From: Candidatus Velthaea sp.
Lineage (GTDB): Bacteria; Vulcanimicrobiota; Vulcanimicrobiia; Vulcanimicrobiales; Vulcanimicrobiaceae
Reading direction: 5' to 3'
NCBI GenBank assembly: GCA_965214935.1
Contig: CBDCCS010000014.1
Coordinates: forward strand, 1 to 64,000
Length of the DNA: 64,000 nucleotides
Shown piece after piece: positions 19,821 through 29,683 of the stretch. The position numbers and the translations under genes are program-made. Position 1 is the stretch's first letter. The number at the start of each line of letters is the position of its first letter. The notes beneath the pieces were generated by a model, which saw only the letters and a list, made by a program, of their open reading frames with translations, made no database searches and was not told the DNA's origin.

Positions 19821-22427
19821 ATGACAGACCGAAGCGCAAGGCCGCCCGGGCCGAACACTCGATTGGCATTCGATGGCGGCCTAACACCCGCAGCTTCCCG
19901 CAACGAAGTGGATGTGGACCACGATCGTGGTGCATTTGGACCGCTACTGCGGCGATTGCGATTGTCTGCGCGGATGTCGCAAGAAGAACTCGCCGAGCGC
20001 GCCAGGCTAAGCGTCGAAGCAATTAGCGCACTGGAGCGCGGCCGAAGGCGTGCACCGTACCGTGAAACGATTCGGCTGCTCGGCGATGCACTCGCGCTGC
20101 CGGCGGCGGTGAGAACCGAACTGGAGGCCGCGGCTCGACAAAAGCGACCGCCGTTCGAGGGCGCAGTCAAATACGATTCAACGGCCAAACGCGGCGGCAG
20201 CGAAGAGTCGCGCCGAACCCTTGCACGGCCGCTGAGCAGCTTCCACAATCGAGTCCGCGAACTCGCAGAACTCCAACGCCTTCTCGCCGGGTATCAGCTC
20301 ATCTCACTCATTGGTCCAGGCGGTATCGGCAAAACGCGCCTTGCGCTTCAACTCGCATTGGCGGTTGAAGCGAATTATTCAGACGGCGCATGGTTTGTCG
20401 ACCTATCGCCGCTCGGCGAGAAATCGCTTGTATCAAGAACGCTGCTTGCGACGCTTGGAATCAAACAAGCGGACGAACTGGCGGATCTCGATACACTCGC
20501 TCACCATCTTCGTGAACGTGACGCGTTGATCGTCCTCGACAACTGCGAACTTGTGATCGAGCAAATCGCAGTGCTTGCACAGACGCTACTTGAAACGTGT
20601 TATAAAATCCGGATCGTCACGACGACGCGCGAACCACTCAACATCAGCGGCGAACGAGTTTATCGCATACCAACGCTTGAGTCACCGGCTGCCTCCATAT
20701 CGATAAACGCGGCAACGGGCTTTGAATTCGCGGCCGTGCAGCTGTTCGTCGACCGTGCACAGGCGACAAACTCTGCATTCATCTATTCGGATGCAACGGC
20801 ACAGACCGTTGCTGCAATTTGTCGCCGGCTTGACGGCATTGCACTTGCAATTGAACTTGCCGCATCGCGCGCAGCGATGCTCAGCCCGGCCGGGATCCTC
20901 GAGCAACTAGAAAATCACTTTGATATTTTAACCGGCGGCAATCGGACCGGCTTGGCGCGGCAGCGTACGATGCACGAAACGATTCGTTGGAGTTACGATC
21001 GCCTCAACACGCCGGAGCAGAGGCTCTTTCGGTTGAGCGCAATATTCTATAGTGGATTCACCCTTGAAGCATTGGAAACGGTCGCCGGCGTTGATGAGAC
21101 GCCCGCCGTTTTCGATACGCTCACGTCCTTAGTCGAAAAGTCCCTCGTCGTAGCAGATACGACGGCAACGACGACGCGTTTCCGCCTGCTCGAACCGATT
21201 CGAGATTATGCACTTACAATTTTAGAACGGGCCGGCGAGCGAAGCCACGCACAATCGGCGCTAGCGCGGTGGTGTCAAAAATTTGTAGACGACGTCCATG
21301 CCGGCTGGGCGACGGAGCCTTCGGCTTACTGGTCCATGCGAGCTGAAGCCGATCTCGACAACCTGCGCGGAGTGCTTCAATGGCTACTCGAGGACAGCAA
21401 CGATGTTGCCACCGGTTGTCGCATCGTTGCGACGGCTCGCCGTCTTTGGGCTCGCCTATGTCCGTCTGAAGGAAAGCGGTGGATAAACAAGGCGCAACAC
21501 TCGGCGAACCGCGACAACGCCGACGAACGAATGATTGCTGAACTAGCACTCGCCGAAGCACACGTCTCGATAGCGCTAGAACAGTATCAGACCGCACTTG
21601 CCGCCGCGCTCGCCTGTGAAAGTAAGCATCCGAACTTAACCGAAAGCGACCTGGCCGAAGTACGCGGTTTCATGGGCCTCGCAATGGCGCAACTTGGGGA
21701 TTACTTGAGCGGCGAAACGTTACTGCAAGCGTCAATCGACATTTTCTCGGCAGGCGCCGCGCCGCAATTGCATGCCTACGCACTCAACGCACTCGGGATC
21801 GCGCTTTTTGTACGCGGCCAGCTTAACGATTCACGTTCACTATTTCGGAACGCACTCCGTATGTTTCAGCAACTTGGCAACGAACGGGGGATCGGCAGCG
21901 TTGCTGCAAACCTTGCCGAGATCGAATACAGTTATGGGAATGTCGAAGATGCAGCGAGTCTGGCGGAGAATGCGTTAGCCGCCGTTAATTCTGGGCGCGA
22001 GGGCCGCCTTTATCGTGCGAATCTTGCGGCGTACCTTATCCGACTTGGCCGATACGAACGAGCTGCGGAGATGGCGCGGGAAAGCGTTCTGCACGGCGGC
22101 CTTGCGCGAGAGGACGTTGATGTAGCCTTCTCATTACAACATCTTGCAGCGATCGTTGCTTTACGTCCGCCGACTTCATCGCGCCGTAGGCGTAAGGATC
22201 TTATAACGGCGGTGCAGGTGATTGGCTTTATCGATTTCCGATTAGAGACATCGAATACAAGCCGTCAGTTTACAGAACGTCATGAATACGACGCGCTCAT
22301 TGCGGCACTAGAATTACAAATCGAGGAAGAACGATTCGAGCAGCTTTATCGTGAAGGACGATCTTGGACGGAAGATGACGCAATTCGCGAGATACTTATT
22401 TCTGTTGACGACCGACAAGCTGACTAA
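19821..22427 (+). CDS. XRE-HTH + NB-ARC/STAND ATPase + TPR-like regulator
   Basis: FGPLLRRLR...SQEELAERARLSVEAISALERG (XRE); Walker A GPGGIGKT; Walker B LIVLDNCE; GIALAIELAA (GLPLA-like); helical repeats at the C-terminus. Confidence 0.88.
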   Translation: MTDRSARPPGPNTRLAFDGGLTPAASRNEVDVDHDRGAFGPLLRRLRLSARMSQEELAERARLSVEAISALERGRRRAPYRETIRLLGDALALPAAVRTELEAAARQKRPPFEGAVKYDSTAKRGGSEESRRTLARPLSSFHNRVRELAELQRLLAGYQLISLIGPGGIGKTRLALQLALAVEANYSDGAWFVDLSPLGEKSLVSRTLLATLGIKQADELADLDTLAHHLRERDALIVLDNCELVIEQIAVLAQTLLETCYKIRIVTTTREPLNISGERVYRIPTLESPAASISINAATGFEFAAVQLFVDRAQATNSAFIYSDATAQTVAAICRRLDGIALAIELAASRAAMLSPAGILEQLENHFDILTGGNRTGLARQRTMHETIRWSYDRLNTPEQRLFRLSAIFYSGFTLEALETVAGVDETPAVFDTLTSLVEKSLVVADTTATTTRFRLLEPIRDYALTILERAGERSHAQSALARWCQKFVDDVHAGWATEPSAYWSMRAEADLDNLRGVLQWLLEDSNDVATGCRIVATARRLWARLCPSEGKRWINKAQHSANRDNADERMIAELALAEAHVSIALEQYQTALAAALACESKHPNLTESDLAEVRGFMGLAMAQLGDYLSGETLLQASIDIFSAGAAPQLHAYALNALGIALFVRGQLNDSRSLFRNALRMFQQLGNERGIGSVAANLAEIEYSYGNVEDAASLAENALAAVNSGREGRLYRANLAAYLIRLGRYERAAEMARESVLHGGLAREDVDVAFSLQHLAAIVALRPPTSSRRRRKDLITAVQVIGFIDFRLETSNTSRQFTERHEYDALIAALELQIEEERFEQLYREGRSWTEDDAIREILISVDDRQAD

Positions 22428-22489
22428 CCGCCCAGGGCCAACGGCAATCCGAGATGTAGTGATAGCTCGAGTCTCGGGAACGGTCTGTA

Positions 22490-22876
22490 TTAAATTTGGA
22501 TGTTGGTCTGTCGGCCCATCGGGAAATTCGGAAATACCTTATTTTCCTTCTGTCCGTTCAGATATGTGATTTCTACAATAATATTAATTGATTCAATTTC
22601 GGTGCCTTGTGTTAGCGGCAAATTGACGAGCATCGGCTGAACAACGCGATCGGGTCGAACGGGGCTCGCAACAATCGGCGGCGGAGTTGAGGAACCGGAG
22701 ACAATCAGATCTACCTTCGCGTGTCCGTCATTGATTTTCATCGAAATAAAATCAACACCCTTAGGAAATAGGCCGCTCGGCGAATCTTCCCGGATCCCCC
22801 CGGCATCGGCTTTCAACGTCGCAATCAGCTTCGTAACGAACGTCTCGACATTAGCAAGGTCGCCTGATTCGTTCAA
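22490..22876 (-). CDS. Orphan hypothetical protein, AT-rich
   Basis: 128-aa ORF with RBS GAGGAG 6 nt before a TTG start; no family recognised. Confidence 0.6.
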   Translation of the reverse strand: MNESGDLANVETFVTKLIATLKADAGGIREDSPSGLFPKGVDFISMKINDGHAKVDLIVSGSSTPPPIVASPVRPDRVVQPMLVNLPLTQGTEIESINIIVEITYLNGQKENKVFPNFPMGRQTNIQI

Positions 22877-23024
22877 ATGTTTCTCCTCATTGAAGGCCTA
22901 GCGGTGTTTTCATCGGCGAATTGCGATTGATACTCGACGAATGGCTAACTTGTAACACTTTGCCTGCAGGACCATATGTGACATTCGCACTATGCACGCA
23001 CGACGTCCGTCATGATTAACGTTC

Positions 23025-23055
23025 TCGATCTGTTCGTTATTAGCGAACAGTTCGA
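23025..23055. repeat. Inverted repeat (terminator of the holB operon, or an operator)
   Basis: TCGA-T-CTGTTCG-ttattag-CGAACAG-T-TCGA. Confidence 0.5.
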
Positions 23056-23115
23056 CCAGCTAGCATTCTACGTTCCGGTATCACGTCAATCGCCCCGGAT
23101 TATTGCGAGCATGAC

Positions 23116-24120
23116 CTATACTTTCGATTCCGCCGGTGCAACAGCCATGCGGACCAAACCTACGACGAGCGCGGGAGTTACGTTCGTGCGCGCGATGCGC
23201 TCCGCATCACCGATCGCTGCGAGCGTCCGCAATAGGGCGCCGGCATCGCGCGGCGGTAATGCACTCAGCGCGCCTGTTTGATCGCGTGCCAGCAGTGGCG
23301 CACGGGCGCCGCCGATTCCGATCACCAGCCAGTCGCGGACGAGCGTCTTAATGACGTCAAGCCCGTCCTCGAGCGTAGCGCGCGTTGCCCATTGAGAGTG
23401 ATCCGCATCGTGACCGCGGACGGCTGCATAAAACCATGTCAACGCCGCGTCGCGCGTTGCGCCTTCACCTTCGTCTAGATAGTCCTTCGCGCGCGCAAGA
23501 TTGCCGTTGGCGATCTCTGCTGCCCGCGCGGCTCGCTCGGCTGGGACGTTCTGGCGCACGAGAACGGTTTCGATTTCGTCGTTGGTCAAGCGGCCGAAGC
23601 CGATGTCGACGAGCCGCGATCGAATGGTCGCAAGCAAACGTCCGGGTTGCGACGTCGTGACGATCAGAACGATGCCGGCCGGCGGTTCTTCAAAGAACTT
23701 AAGCAGCGCATTGGCCGCTTCACGCGTGAAATCAGCATCGCCGAGGATAAAGACGCGTTTGCCGCCGGCGTATGAATGCATCGAAAGCTGGCGCACGAGA
23801 TCGCGCGCCGTCAACTCTTCCTCGTGGAATCCGCCGGCTTCGCGATCGCCGATCTTGAGTTGGCCCTCCATTGCATACAAGTCCGGATGCGTGCCGGCAA
23901 CGACGTGCGTACAACCCGAGCAGTGTCCGCAATAGCCGAGCAACGTTGATTTTGATGTGACGCAAAGTAGCGATTGAGCAAATCGCCGCGCGAAGGTCTT
24001 TTTGCCGACTCCGGCCGGCCCGCTGAAAAGATAACCGTGCGATACCCGGTCGGGTGCCAAGTGGCCGAAGAACGTTAACGCCCCGGCCGCGCCGACAACG
24101 TCGAATTTGCCGTCGATCAC
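23116..24120 (-). CDS. holB: DNA polymerase III delta' subunit
   Basis: SHGYLFSGPAGVGK, C..C..C Zn module, HPDL, AANALLKFFEEPP, LLATIRSR; downstream of tmk. Confidence 0.92.
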   Translation of the reverse strand: MIDGKFDVVGAAGALTFFGHLAPDRVSHGYLFSGPAGVGKKTFARRFAQSLLCVTSKSTLLGYCGHCSGCTHVVAGTHPDLYAMEGQLKIGDREAGGFHEEELTARDLVRQLSMHSYAGGKRVFILGDADFTREAANALLKFFEEPPAGIVLIVTTSQPGRLLATIRSRLVDIGFGRLTNDEIETVLVRQNVPAERAARAAEIANGNLARAKDYLDEGEGATRDAALTWFYAAVRGHDADHSQWATRATLEDGLDVIKTLVRDWLVIGIGGARAPLLARDQTGALSALPPRDAGALLRTLAAIGDAERIARTNVTPALVVGLVRMAVAPAESKV

Positions 24121-24734
24121 AACGGTGCGAATTGCCGCCGGCGGGCGATGAATTGCCCTGCCTGCGCGACGAGCAACTGCGGCGCTTGGCTCCCATCGAG
24201 GCTGACGATCCGATCGAAGCGGCGCGCTAGGTCAAGGTATCCGCCGCGCACACGTTCGTGGAATGCGTCGTCTTCACGTTCGAGCCGATCGAACGCTCCG
24301 CGTAAGCGCAGACGCTCGCGGGACGTTGCAACATCGACGTCGAGCAGAAACGTGATGTCCGGCGCGATCGATTGCGTGGCAACAAGCGAAAGCCGGATGA
24401 GCATCTCGATATCGAGTCCTCGGCCAAAGCCTTGGTAGGCGACGGTCGCGTCGAAGAACCGGTCGCACAAAATGATGCTGCCCGTCTTGAGCGCCGGCGC
24501 AATGACGTCGGCGACGAGTTGCGCCCGTGAAGCGTTCATGAGATACGATTCGGCCAGCGCATCGATGCGCATCGCCGGATCGATAAAAACTGCGCGCACG
24601 GCGTCGCCGAACGGCGTTCCGCCGGGTTCGCGCGTCACAAGCACGTCGGCGCCCGCAGCGCGCAGTTCGGCTGCGAGCGCTGCAATCAGCGTCGATTTTC
24701 CGGAACCTTCAATGCCCTCGAATGAGATGAACAC
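24117..24734 (-). CDS. tmk: Thymidylate kinase
   Basis: FISFEGIEGSGKST, TREPGGT, LCDRF, AYQG. Confidence 0.96.
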   Translation of the reverse strand: MFISFEGIEGSGKSTLIAALAAELRAAGADVLVTREPGGTPFGDAVRAVFIDPAMRIDALAESYLMNASRAQLVADVIAPALKTGSIILCDRFFDATVAYQGFGRGLDIEMLIRLSLVATQSIAPDITFLLDVDVATSRERLRLRGAFDRLEREDDAFHERVRGGYLDLARRFDRIVSLDGSQAPQLLVAQAGQFIARRRQFAPL

Positions 24735-24755
24735 AAGCGACTCGCGGACGCATCC

Positions 24756-26342
24756 TTAAAGCTGTTCGCCGATTCGGTAAATTTGAACGCGCCGGTTCGG
24801 CTCGAGTCCGGTGCTGCGCGACTGGAGCCGGTACTTTTCGGCCACCTGATGCTGCATGCGGCGAATGTACGACGATTGCGGCGAAAGTTCGACGGCCCGG
24901 CTATCGAGCAGCACCTGATACACCGCTTCCTCCGCCTCGCGCAGTGCAATCTCTTCATTGTCGATTGTCGGTAAATCGAACACGTCTTTGAGCGCAGTCT
25001 GAATCTGCGTCGTCGTATTTGTCTTGATCGAATAGATCGGAATATTTTCCGCTGCGATCGTTTTCAGCCGGTCAGACTCTTTGCGTTCGAGGGTTTTGAG
25101 CGTTAGGACGACGTCCGCGTCGTCCCACTTACGTGCAATCGATGCATTCACGCGCAGATTGTGGACCGCACGCTCGATCTTGTTGCGCGATACGCCATAT
25201 GGGAAAATCAGCAGCGGTTTATCGTGTTCGTCGGACGGAGCGACAGCATTACCAAACAGCAACTCGTCTTCGCGCTGCTGCTGCGGGCGCAAGTCGCGCG
25301 GCTTAGCAACCGGCAGCGCTTCAGGGTTTGCTTCCTGCAGCACCGAGACGGCTCCGCCGGGCAAACGCTGACGGACTTCGGGTTGCGGCGTGTAGCCGCG
25401 CAACAGCGCGTCGACGACGTCGCTCACGTTGGTGTGAATTGCCAGCCGGTCGCGATCTTGGATTTCGATAAGCACGTCGAACGTCGGTGGTGCTTTGCGT
25501 TCGAGCACGGTTTTGCGTGTGCCGCGCCTGCGCGCTTCTTCGTCGGAAAGCGTTACGGCGCTAATGCCGCCCATGAGATCCGACAGTGTCGGATTCATCA
25601 AAAGATTCTCGAGCGTTTGTCCGTGTGCGGTCCCGATGAGTTGTACGCCGCGTTCGGCAATCGTTCGGGCTGCCAGCGATTCAGCTTCGGTACCGATTTC
25701 ATCGATGACGATGATCTGCGGCATGTGGTTCTCGACGGCTTCGACCATCACGTTATGCTGCAAGGCCGGATCGGCCACGGGCATGCGACGCGCATGGCCG
25801 ATTCCCGGATGCGGAATATCGCCGTCACCGGCAATCTCATTCGATGTGTCGACGATGACGACGCGCTTGCGATCTTCGCTCAAAACGCGCGCGCACTCGC
25901 GCAACATCGTCGTTTTTCCGACACCCGGCCGTCCGAGCAGACAGATCGACTTACCGCTGCGGATGACGTCGAGGATGATATCGATCGTGCCGTAGACCGC
26001 ACGCCCCACACGACAGGTAAGACCGACGATTTTACCCGTCCGGTTTTTAATCGCGCTGATGCGATGCAGCGTTTTCTCGATGCCGGCGCGGTTGTCGGCA
26101 CCGAATGGTGATAAGCGCGATACCACATGCGCGATGTCTTCGTGGGTGACCGCGTGATCGGAAAGAAACACGAAGTCGTCTTCAAAGCGCGCTTCGGGCG
26201 GCCGGCCGAGATCGAGAATCACCTCGATAACCGTGTCGACATTCGGGAGGCGAACGAGCGCCTGACGTAAGGGGAGTGGAAAGATGTCGAGGAGTTGCGT
26301 AAGCTCCCGGTTCGGCGCGAAGGACTCGGCGTTAACAGCCAA
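24756..26342 (-). CDS. SpoIIIAA/Ycf45-like AAA ATPase with a C-terminal R3H domain
   Basis: LDLGRPPEARF, GRPGVGKTT, VDTSNEIAGDG, IVIDEIG, TAHG; R3H motif RRMQH. Confidence 0.9.
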   Translation of the reverse strand: MAVNAESFAPNRELTQLLDIFPLPLRQALVRLPNVDTVIEVILDLGRPPEARFEDDFVFLSDHAVTHEDIAHVVSRLSPFGADNRAGIEKTLHRISAIKNRTGKIVGLTCRVGRAVYGTIDIILDVIRSGKSICLLGRPGVGKTTMLRECARVLSEDRKRVVIVDTSNEIAGDGDIPHPGIGHARRMPVADPALQHNVMVEAVENHMPQIIVIDEIGTEAESLAARTIAERGVQLIGTAHGQTLENLLMNPTLSDLMGGISAVTLSDEEARRRGTRKTVLERKAPPTFDVLIEIQDRDRLAIHTNVSDVVDALLRGYTPQPEVRQRLPGGAVSVLQEANPEALPVAKPRDLRPQQQREDELLFGNAVAPSDEHDKPLLIFPYGVSRNKIERAVHNLRVNASIARKWDDADVVLTLKTLERKESDRLKTIAAENIPIYSIKTNTTTQIQTALKDVFDLPTIDNEEIALREAEEAVYQVLLDSRAVELSPQSSYIRRMQHQVAEKYRLQSRSTGLEPNRRVQIYRIGEQL

Positions 26343-26643
26343 CTTCCATCCTCATTTGTCCGTTGTTCGCAGACACCGTCGCGGTGGTACGACGGAAATC
26401 AGCCTTCCGTAGGCCGGCGGACCGCCCCTTTCCAAGCATGTTAGTGCGCCTGCGGAGGACACGTGCTCGCGCAACCCGTCGGTTCGAGAACGGAAAGCGC
26501 CGCGTCGCGTTCGTCGTGGGAACTTATTTGTAATATGTACATTAAGAACGGCTGAGGTGTCGTTTATTACGCGCATGTCGAATGCATGGTAACTTGCTGC
26601 AGGCTATCCTAGGGGCCTCACGTCGCTTTGCAAGGGGCTCCTA

Positions 26644-28041
26644 TTGTACTTTCTGGCCGACGCGCCGAATCCACTATATGCAGCGCCGGATTGGCTCAAT
26701 TCCGGAGATACGGCATGGCAGCTGACTTCGGCAACGCTCGTCGGCCTCATGAGTCTCCCGGGACTCGCCATTCTGTACGGCGGTCTCGTCAAGAAAAAGT
26801 GGGCGCTCAATTCCGCGGTGATGTGCTTCTATGCATTCTCCGTCGTTTTGTTATGCTGGTCGCTCTGGGGCTACAGCATGTCGTTCGGCAATCATTGGCT
26901 GGGCATTGCCGGCCAATGGTTTTTGGGCGTACCGCACTGGTCGCTCACGCCTGATGCGTTAATCGGTCAGGCAAATATTCCGGATGCCGCGGCCGGCCTG
27001 CCGCCGTTGCGCATGCCAGGCTCGGCGATGATCTACTTCCAATTCGTTTTCGCGGCAATCACGCCGCTACTTATCGCCGGCTCGGTTCTCGGGCGCATGA
27101 ACTTCAAAGCGTGGATGATCTTCGTTCCGCTCTGGAGCACCTTCGTCTACACCGTCGGTGCCTTCTCGATCTGGGGCGGCGGCTGGTTGTCGCAACTCGG
27201 CGCGCTCGATTATTCGGGCGGTTACGTCATCCATCTGGCGGCCGGTGTTTCCGGTTTCGTCGCGGCGGCGATGGTCGGTGCCCGTTCGCTTCAAGACCGC
27301 AAGGATTTCGAGCCGAACAACTTGATCATGGCTTTTGCCGGCGCCGGCATTTTATGGCTCGGCTGGAACGGCTTTAACGGCGGCGACCCTTATACGTCGA
27401 ACATGGACGCCGGCGCCGCGGTCTTCAACACGAATCTCTGCACGGCAACGTCGCTGCTTGTGTGGCTGATTCTCGATATGATCGTCACCAAGAAGCCCAA
27501 TGCCGTCTCGATGATCAACGGAATGATCGTCGGCCTGGTCGCCATTACGCCGGGCGCCGGGTATGTCGACGGCTTCGGTGCACTGCTCATCGGCTTGATC
27601 GTCGGCGTCATCGCTTGGTTTAGCCTCAACCGGATCGGCAATCTCCCGCTGCTCAAACGCGTTGACGATACCTTCGGCGTCTTGCATACGCACGGCGTTG
27701 CCGGACTGTTCGGCGGGCTCATGGTCGGCGTGTTCGGCAACCCGGCGATGGTCGAGTATTACACGCACGATCCGAAAGGCTCGAACATTTCGGCGTCGGG
27801 TCTATTTTACGGCGGCGGTTTCACGCAGCTGCTACATCAGATCGAAGCCGCGGCGTTTATCATCATCTACAATGTGCTTGGAACGTACGTCGTGCTAAAG
27901 ATTACCTCGCTCATTACGCCGCTGCGCGCAAGCGACGGCGATGTCGAAGGCGGTGACCTTGCCATCCACGGCATGGATCCGATGCCGATCGAGTTTCCCC
28001 GCAACGGCGCGCGCATTCCCGTCGTCGAAACGCGCTCCTAA
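26644..28041 (+). CDS. amt: Ammonium transporter
   Basis: GDTAWQL, FQFVFAAIT, DYSGGYVIH, WLGWNGFNGG, GLVAITP, VDDTFGVLHTHG. Confidence 0.96.
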   Translation: MYFLADAPNPLYAAPDWLNSGDTAWQLTSATLVGLMSLPGLAILYGGLVKKKWALNSAVMCFYAFSVVLLCWSLWGYSMSFGNHWLGIAGQWFLGVPHWSLTPDALIGQANIPDAAAGLPPLRMPGSAMIYFQFVFAAITPLLIAGSVLGRMNFKAWMIFVPLWSTFVYTVGAFSIWGGGWLSQLGALDYSGGYVIHLAAGVSGFVAAAMVGARSLQDRKDFEPNNLIMAFAGAGILWLGWNGFNGGDPYTSNMDAGAAVFNTNLCTATSLLVWLILDMIVTKKPNAVSMINGMIVGLVAITPGAGYVDGFGALLIGLIVGVIAWFSLNRIGNLPLLKRVDDTFGVLHTHGVAGLFGGLMVGVFGNPAMVEYYTHDPKGSNISASGLFYGGGFTQLLHQIEAAAFIIIYNVLGTYVVLKITSLITPLRASDGDVEGGDLAIHGMDPMPIEFPRNGARIPVVETRS

Positions 28042-28060
28042 ACTCAGGCTGTCAAACACG

Positions 28061-28084
28061 GAAGCCGCTGGTAGCAGCGGCTTC
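28061..28084. terminator. Hairpin between convergent genes (probably bidirectional terminator)
   Basis: GAAGCCGCTG-gtag-CAGCGGCTTC, a perfect 10-bp stem. Confidence 0.7.
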
Positions 28085-28128
28085 TTGCATTCTTGCAAAC
28101 CGTATAGATACGGCATGGAGCGGCGCGC

Positions 28129-29649
28129 TTATGCAACGACGCGAATCGTGCGCAGGTCGCTGTCGTACGGCCCTTGCATCTTGACGCCGGCTTTCTTTTC
28201 AAGATCGAGATAGTCGATGATCTCAGCGGTGATCTCTTCGCCCGGTGAGATCACCGGGATGCCGGGCGGATACGGCGTAATCACCTCGGCGCAGATTCGT
28301 CCCGCACTTTGCTTGAACGGGACAATAACGGTCGATGCTAAGAACGCTTCGCGCGGCGACAACCGGATATGCGGGATTTTCGGCAGTTGATACGTGCCGG
28401 TTTTCATGCGCCGTTCTAAGACGCCGGAGGGCGAAAAGATATCCACCGGACGATCTTCACGCGCAAGTTCGCGCACGCCGTACACGAGTTCGTCGGCAGC
28501 GTCGACGGTCGTACCGATCGTGAACAGCGCAAGGGTGTTGAACAGATCGGCAAGTTCGCATTGCACGTTGTAGCGACGGCGTAAAATCTCTTCGGCCTCG
28601 TAGCCGGTGTAGCCGAGATTTTTCACCGTGATCGTCACCTTGGTGGGGTCGAGATCGAAGACGCCCGGCCGGCCTTCGAGTTCATCGCCGAAACAATAGA
28701 TGCCGGGAATCGCATTGAGCCGACGCCGCGTATCGTTAGCAATTTCAATCGTGCGCGACAAAAGCGCCGGACCTTCGAGCGCCATTTGCCGGCGCGCGAC
28801 GTCCAGCGAGGCGACCAACACGAGATTCGGCGACGTCGACAGAAATAATTTGTATACCGCTTTAAGGCGGTCGAGCTTGATGCGGCTGCCTTGCACGTGC
28901 AGCATCGCCGTCTGCGACAACGACCCCAGCATCTTGTGCGTCGAATTGATGCACATATCGGCGCCCGCTTGCATCGCAGACTTCGGCAGCGCCGGATGGA
29001 AGTGGAAATGCGGTCCCCACGCTTCATCGACGAGTAACGGCACGCCGTATTCATGCGCGACATCCGCAATTCCGGCAAGATCCGCAGCAACGCCGTAATA
29101 GGTCGGAGACACCACATAGACGCCCGTAATGCCGGCATTCGCCTGCAACGCGTCGCGCACGATTTCGGGCGTGACGGCGTGATCCATGTGCAGCGCTTCG
29201 TCGACTTCGGGTTGCATCCAAACCGGAAACGCGCCGCTCATGATAAGTCCGCCCATTGCCGACTTGTGGGCGTTGCGCGGCAGCAGAATGCGGTCGCCCG
29301 GGTTGAGCGCCGCCATCATCATGCACTGGTTGCCGCTCGTCGAGCCGTTGATGAGAAAAAACGAATGCTCGGCGCCGAAACACTCCGCCGCGAGTTCTTG
29401 AGCTTCGACGAGCGGCCCCTCGGGCTGCAAGAGATCGTCAAGCCCGCGTATTTGCGTGAGGTCGATCGCCAGGACGTTGTCGCCGACGAAGTCGCGGAAG
29501 GCGCGGTCCATCCCGATGCCTTGCTTATGGCCCGGCGTGTGAAACGGAATAACGCCCGCGTCGACATAGTCGAGCAACACTTGAAAGTACGGCGTGCGGG
29601 TTTGATCGAGCTTATAGCCCGGAACGACGACCGGTTCGCGAACGATCAC
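28129..29649 (-). CDS. Orn/Lys/Arg decarboxylase (PLP-dependent, YaaO/SpeA-like)
   Basis: FHTPGHKQG, NGSTSG, PRNAHKS, VDEAWG, PLP lysine STHK, YPPGIP. Confidence 0.92.
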   Translation of the reverse strand: MIVREPVVVPGYKLDQTRTPYFQVLLDYVDAGVIPFHTPGHKQGIGMDRAFRDFVGDNVLAIDLTQIRGLDDLLQPEGPLVEAQELAAECFGAEHSFFLINGSTSGNQCMMMAALNPGDRILLPRNAHKSAMGGLIMSGAFPVWMQPEVDEALHMDHAVTPEIVRDALQANAGITGVYVVSPTYYGVAADLAGIADVAHEYGVPLLVDEAWGPHFHFHPALPKSAMQAGADMCINSTHKMLGSLSQTAMLHVQGSRIKLDRLKAVYKLFLSTSPNLVLVASLDVARRQMALEGPALLSRTIEIANDTRRRLNAIPGIYCFGDELEGRPGVFDLDPTKVTITVKNLGYTGYEAEEILRRRYNVQCELADLFNTLALFTIGTTVDAADELVYGVRELAREDRPVDIFSPSGVLERRMKTGTYQLPKIPHIRLSPREAFLASTVIVPFKQSAGRICAEVITPYPPGIPVISPGEEITAEIIDYLDLEKKAGVKMQGPYDSDLRTIRVVA

Positions 29650-29683
29650 AACGGGCGCGATTATAACACGGAACGCAGCGAAG

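Noticed and set aside
26525..26550. NtcA/TnrA box upstream of amt (TTGTAATATGTACATTAA)
   Set aside because: AT-rich and partly palindromic, but the spacing fits neither GTA-N8-TAC nor TGTNA-N7-TNACA.
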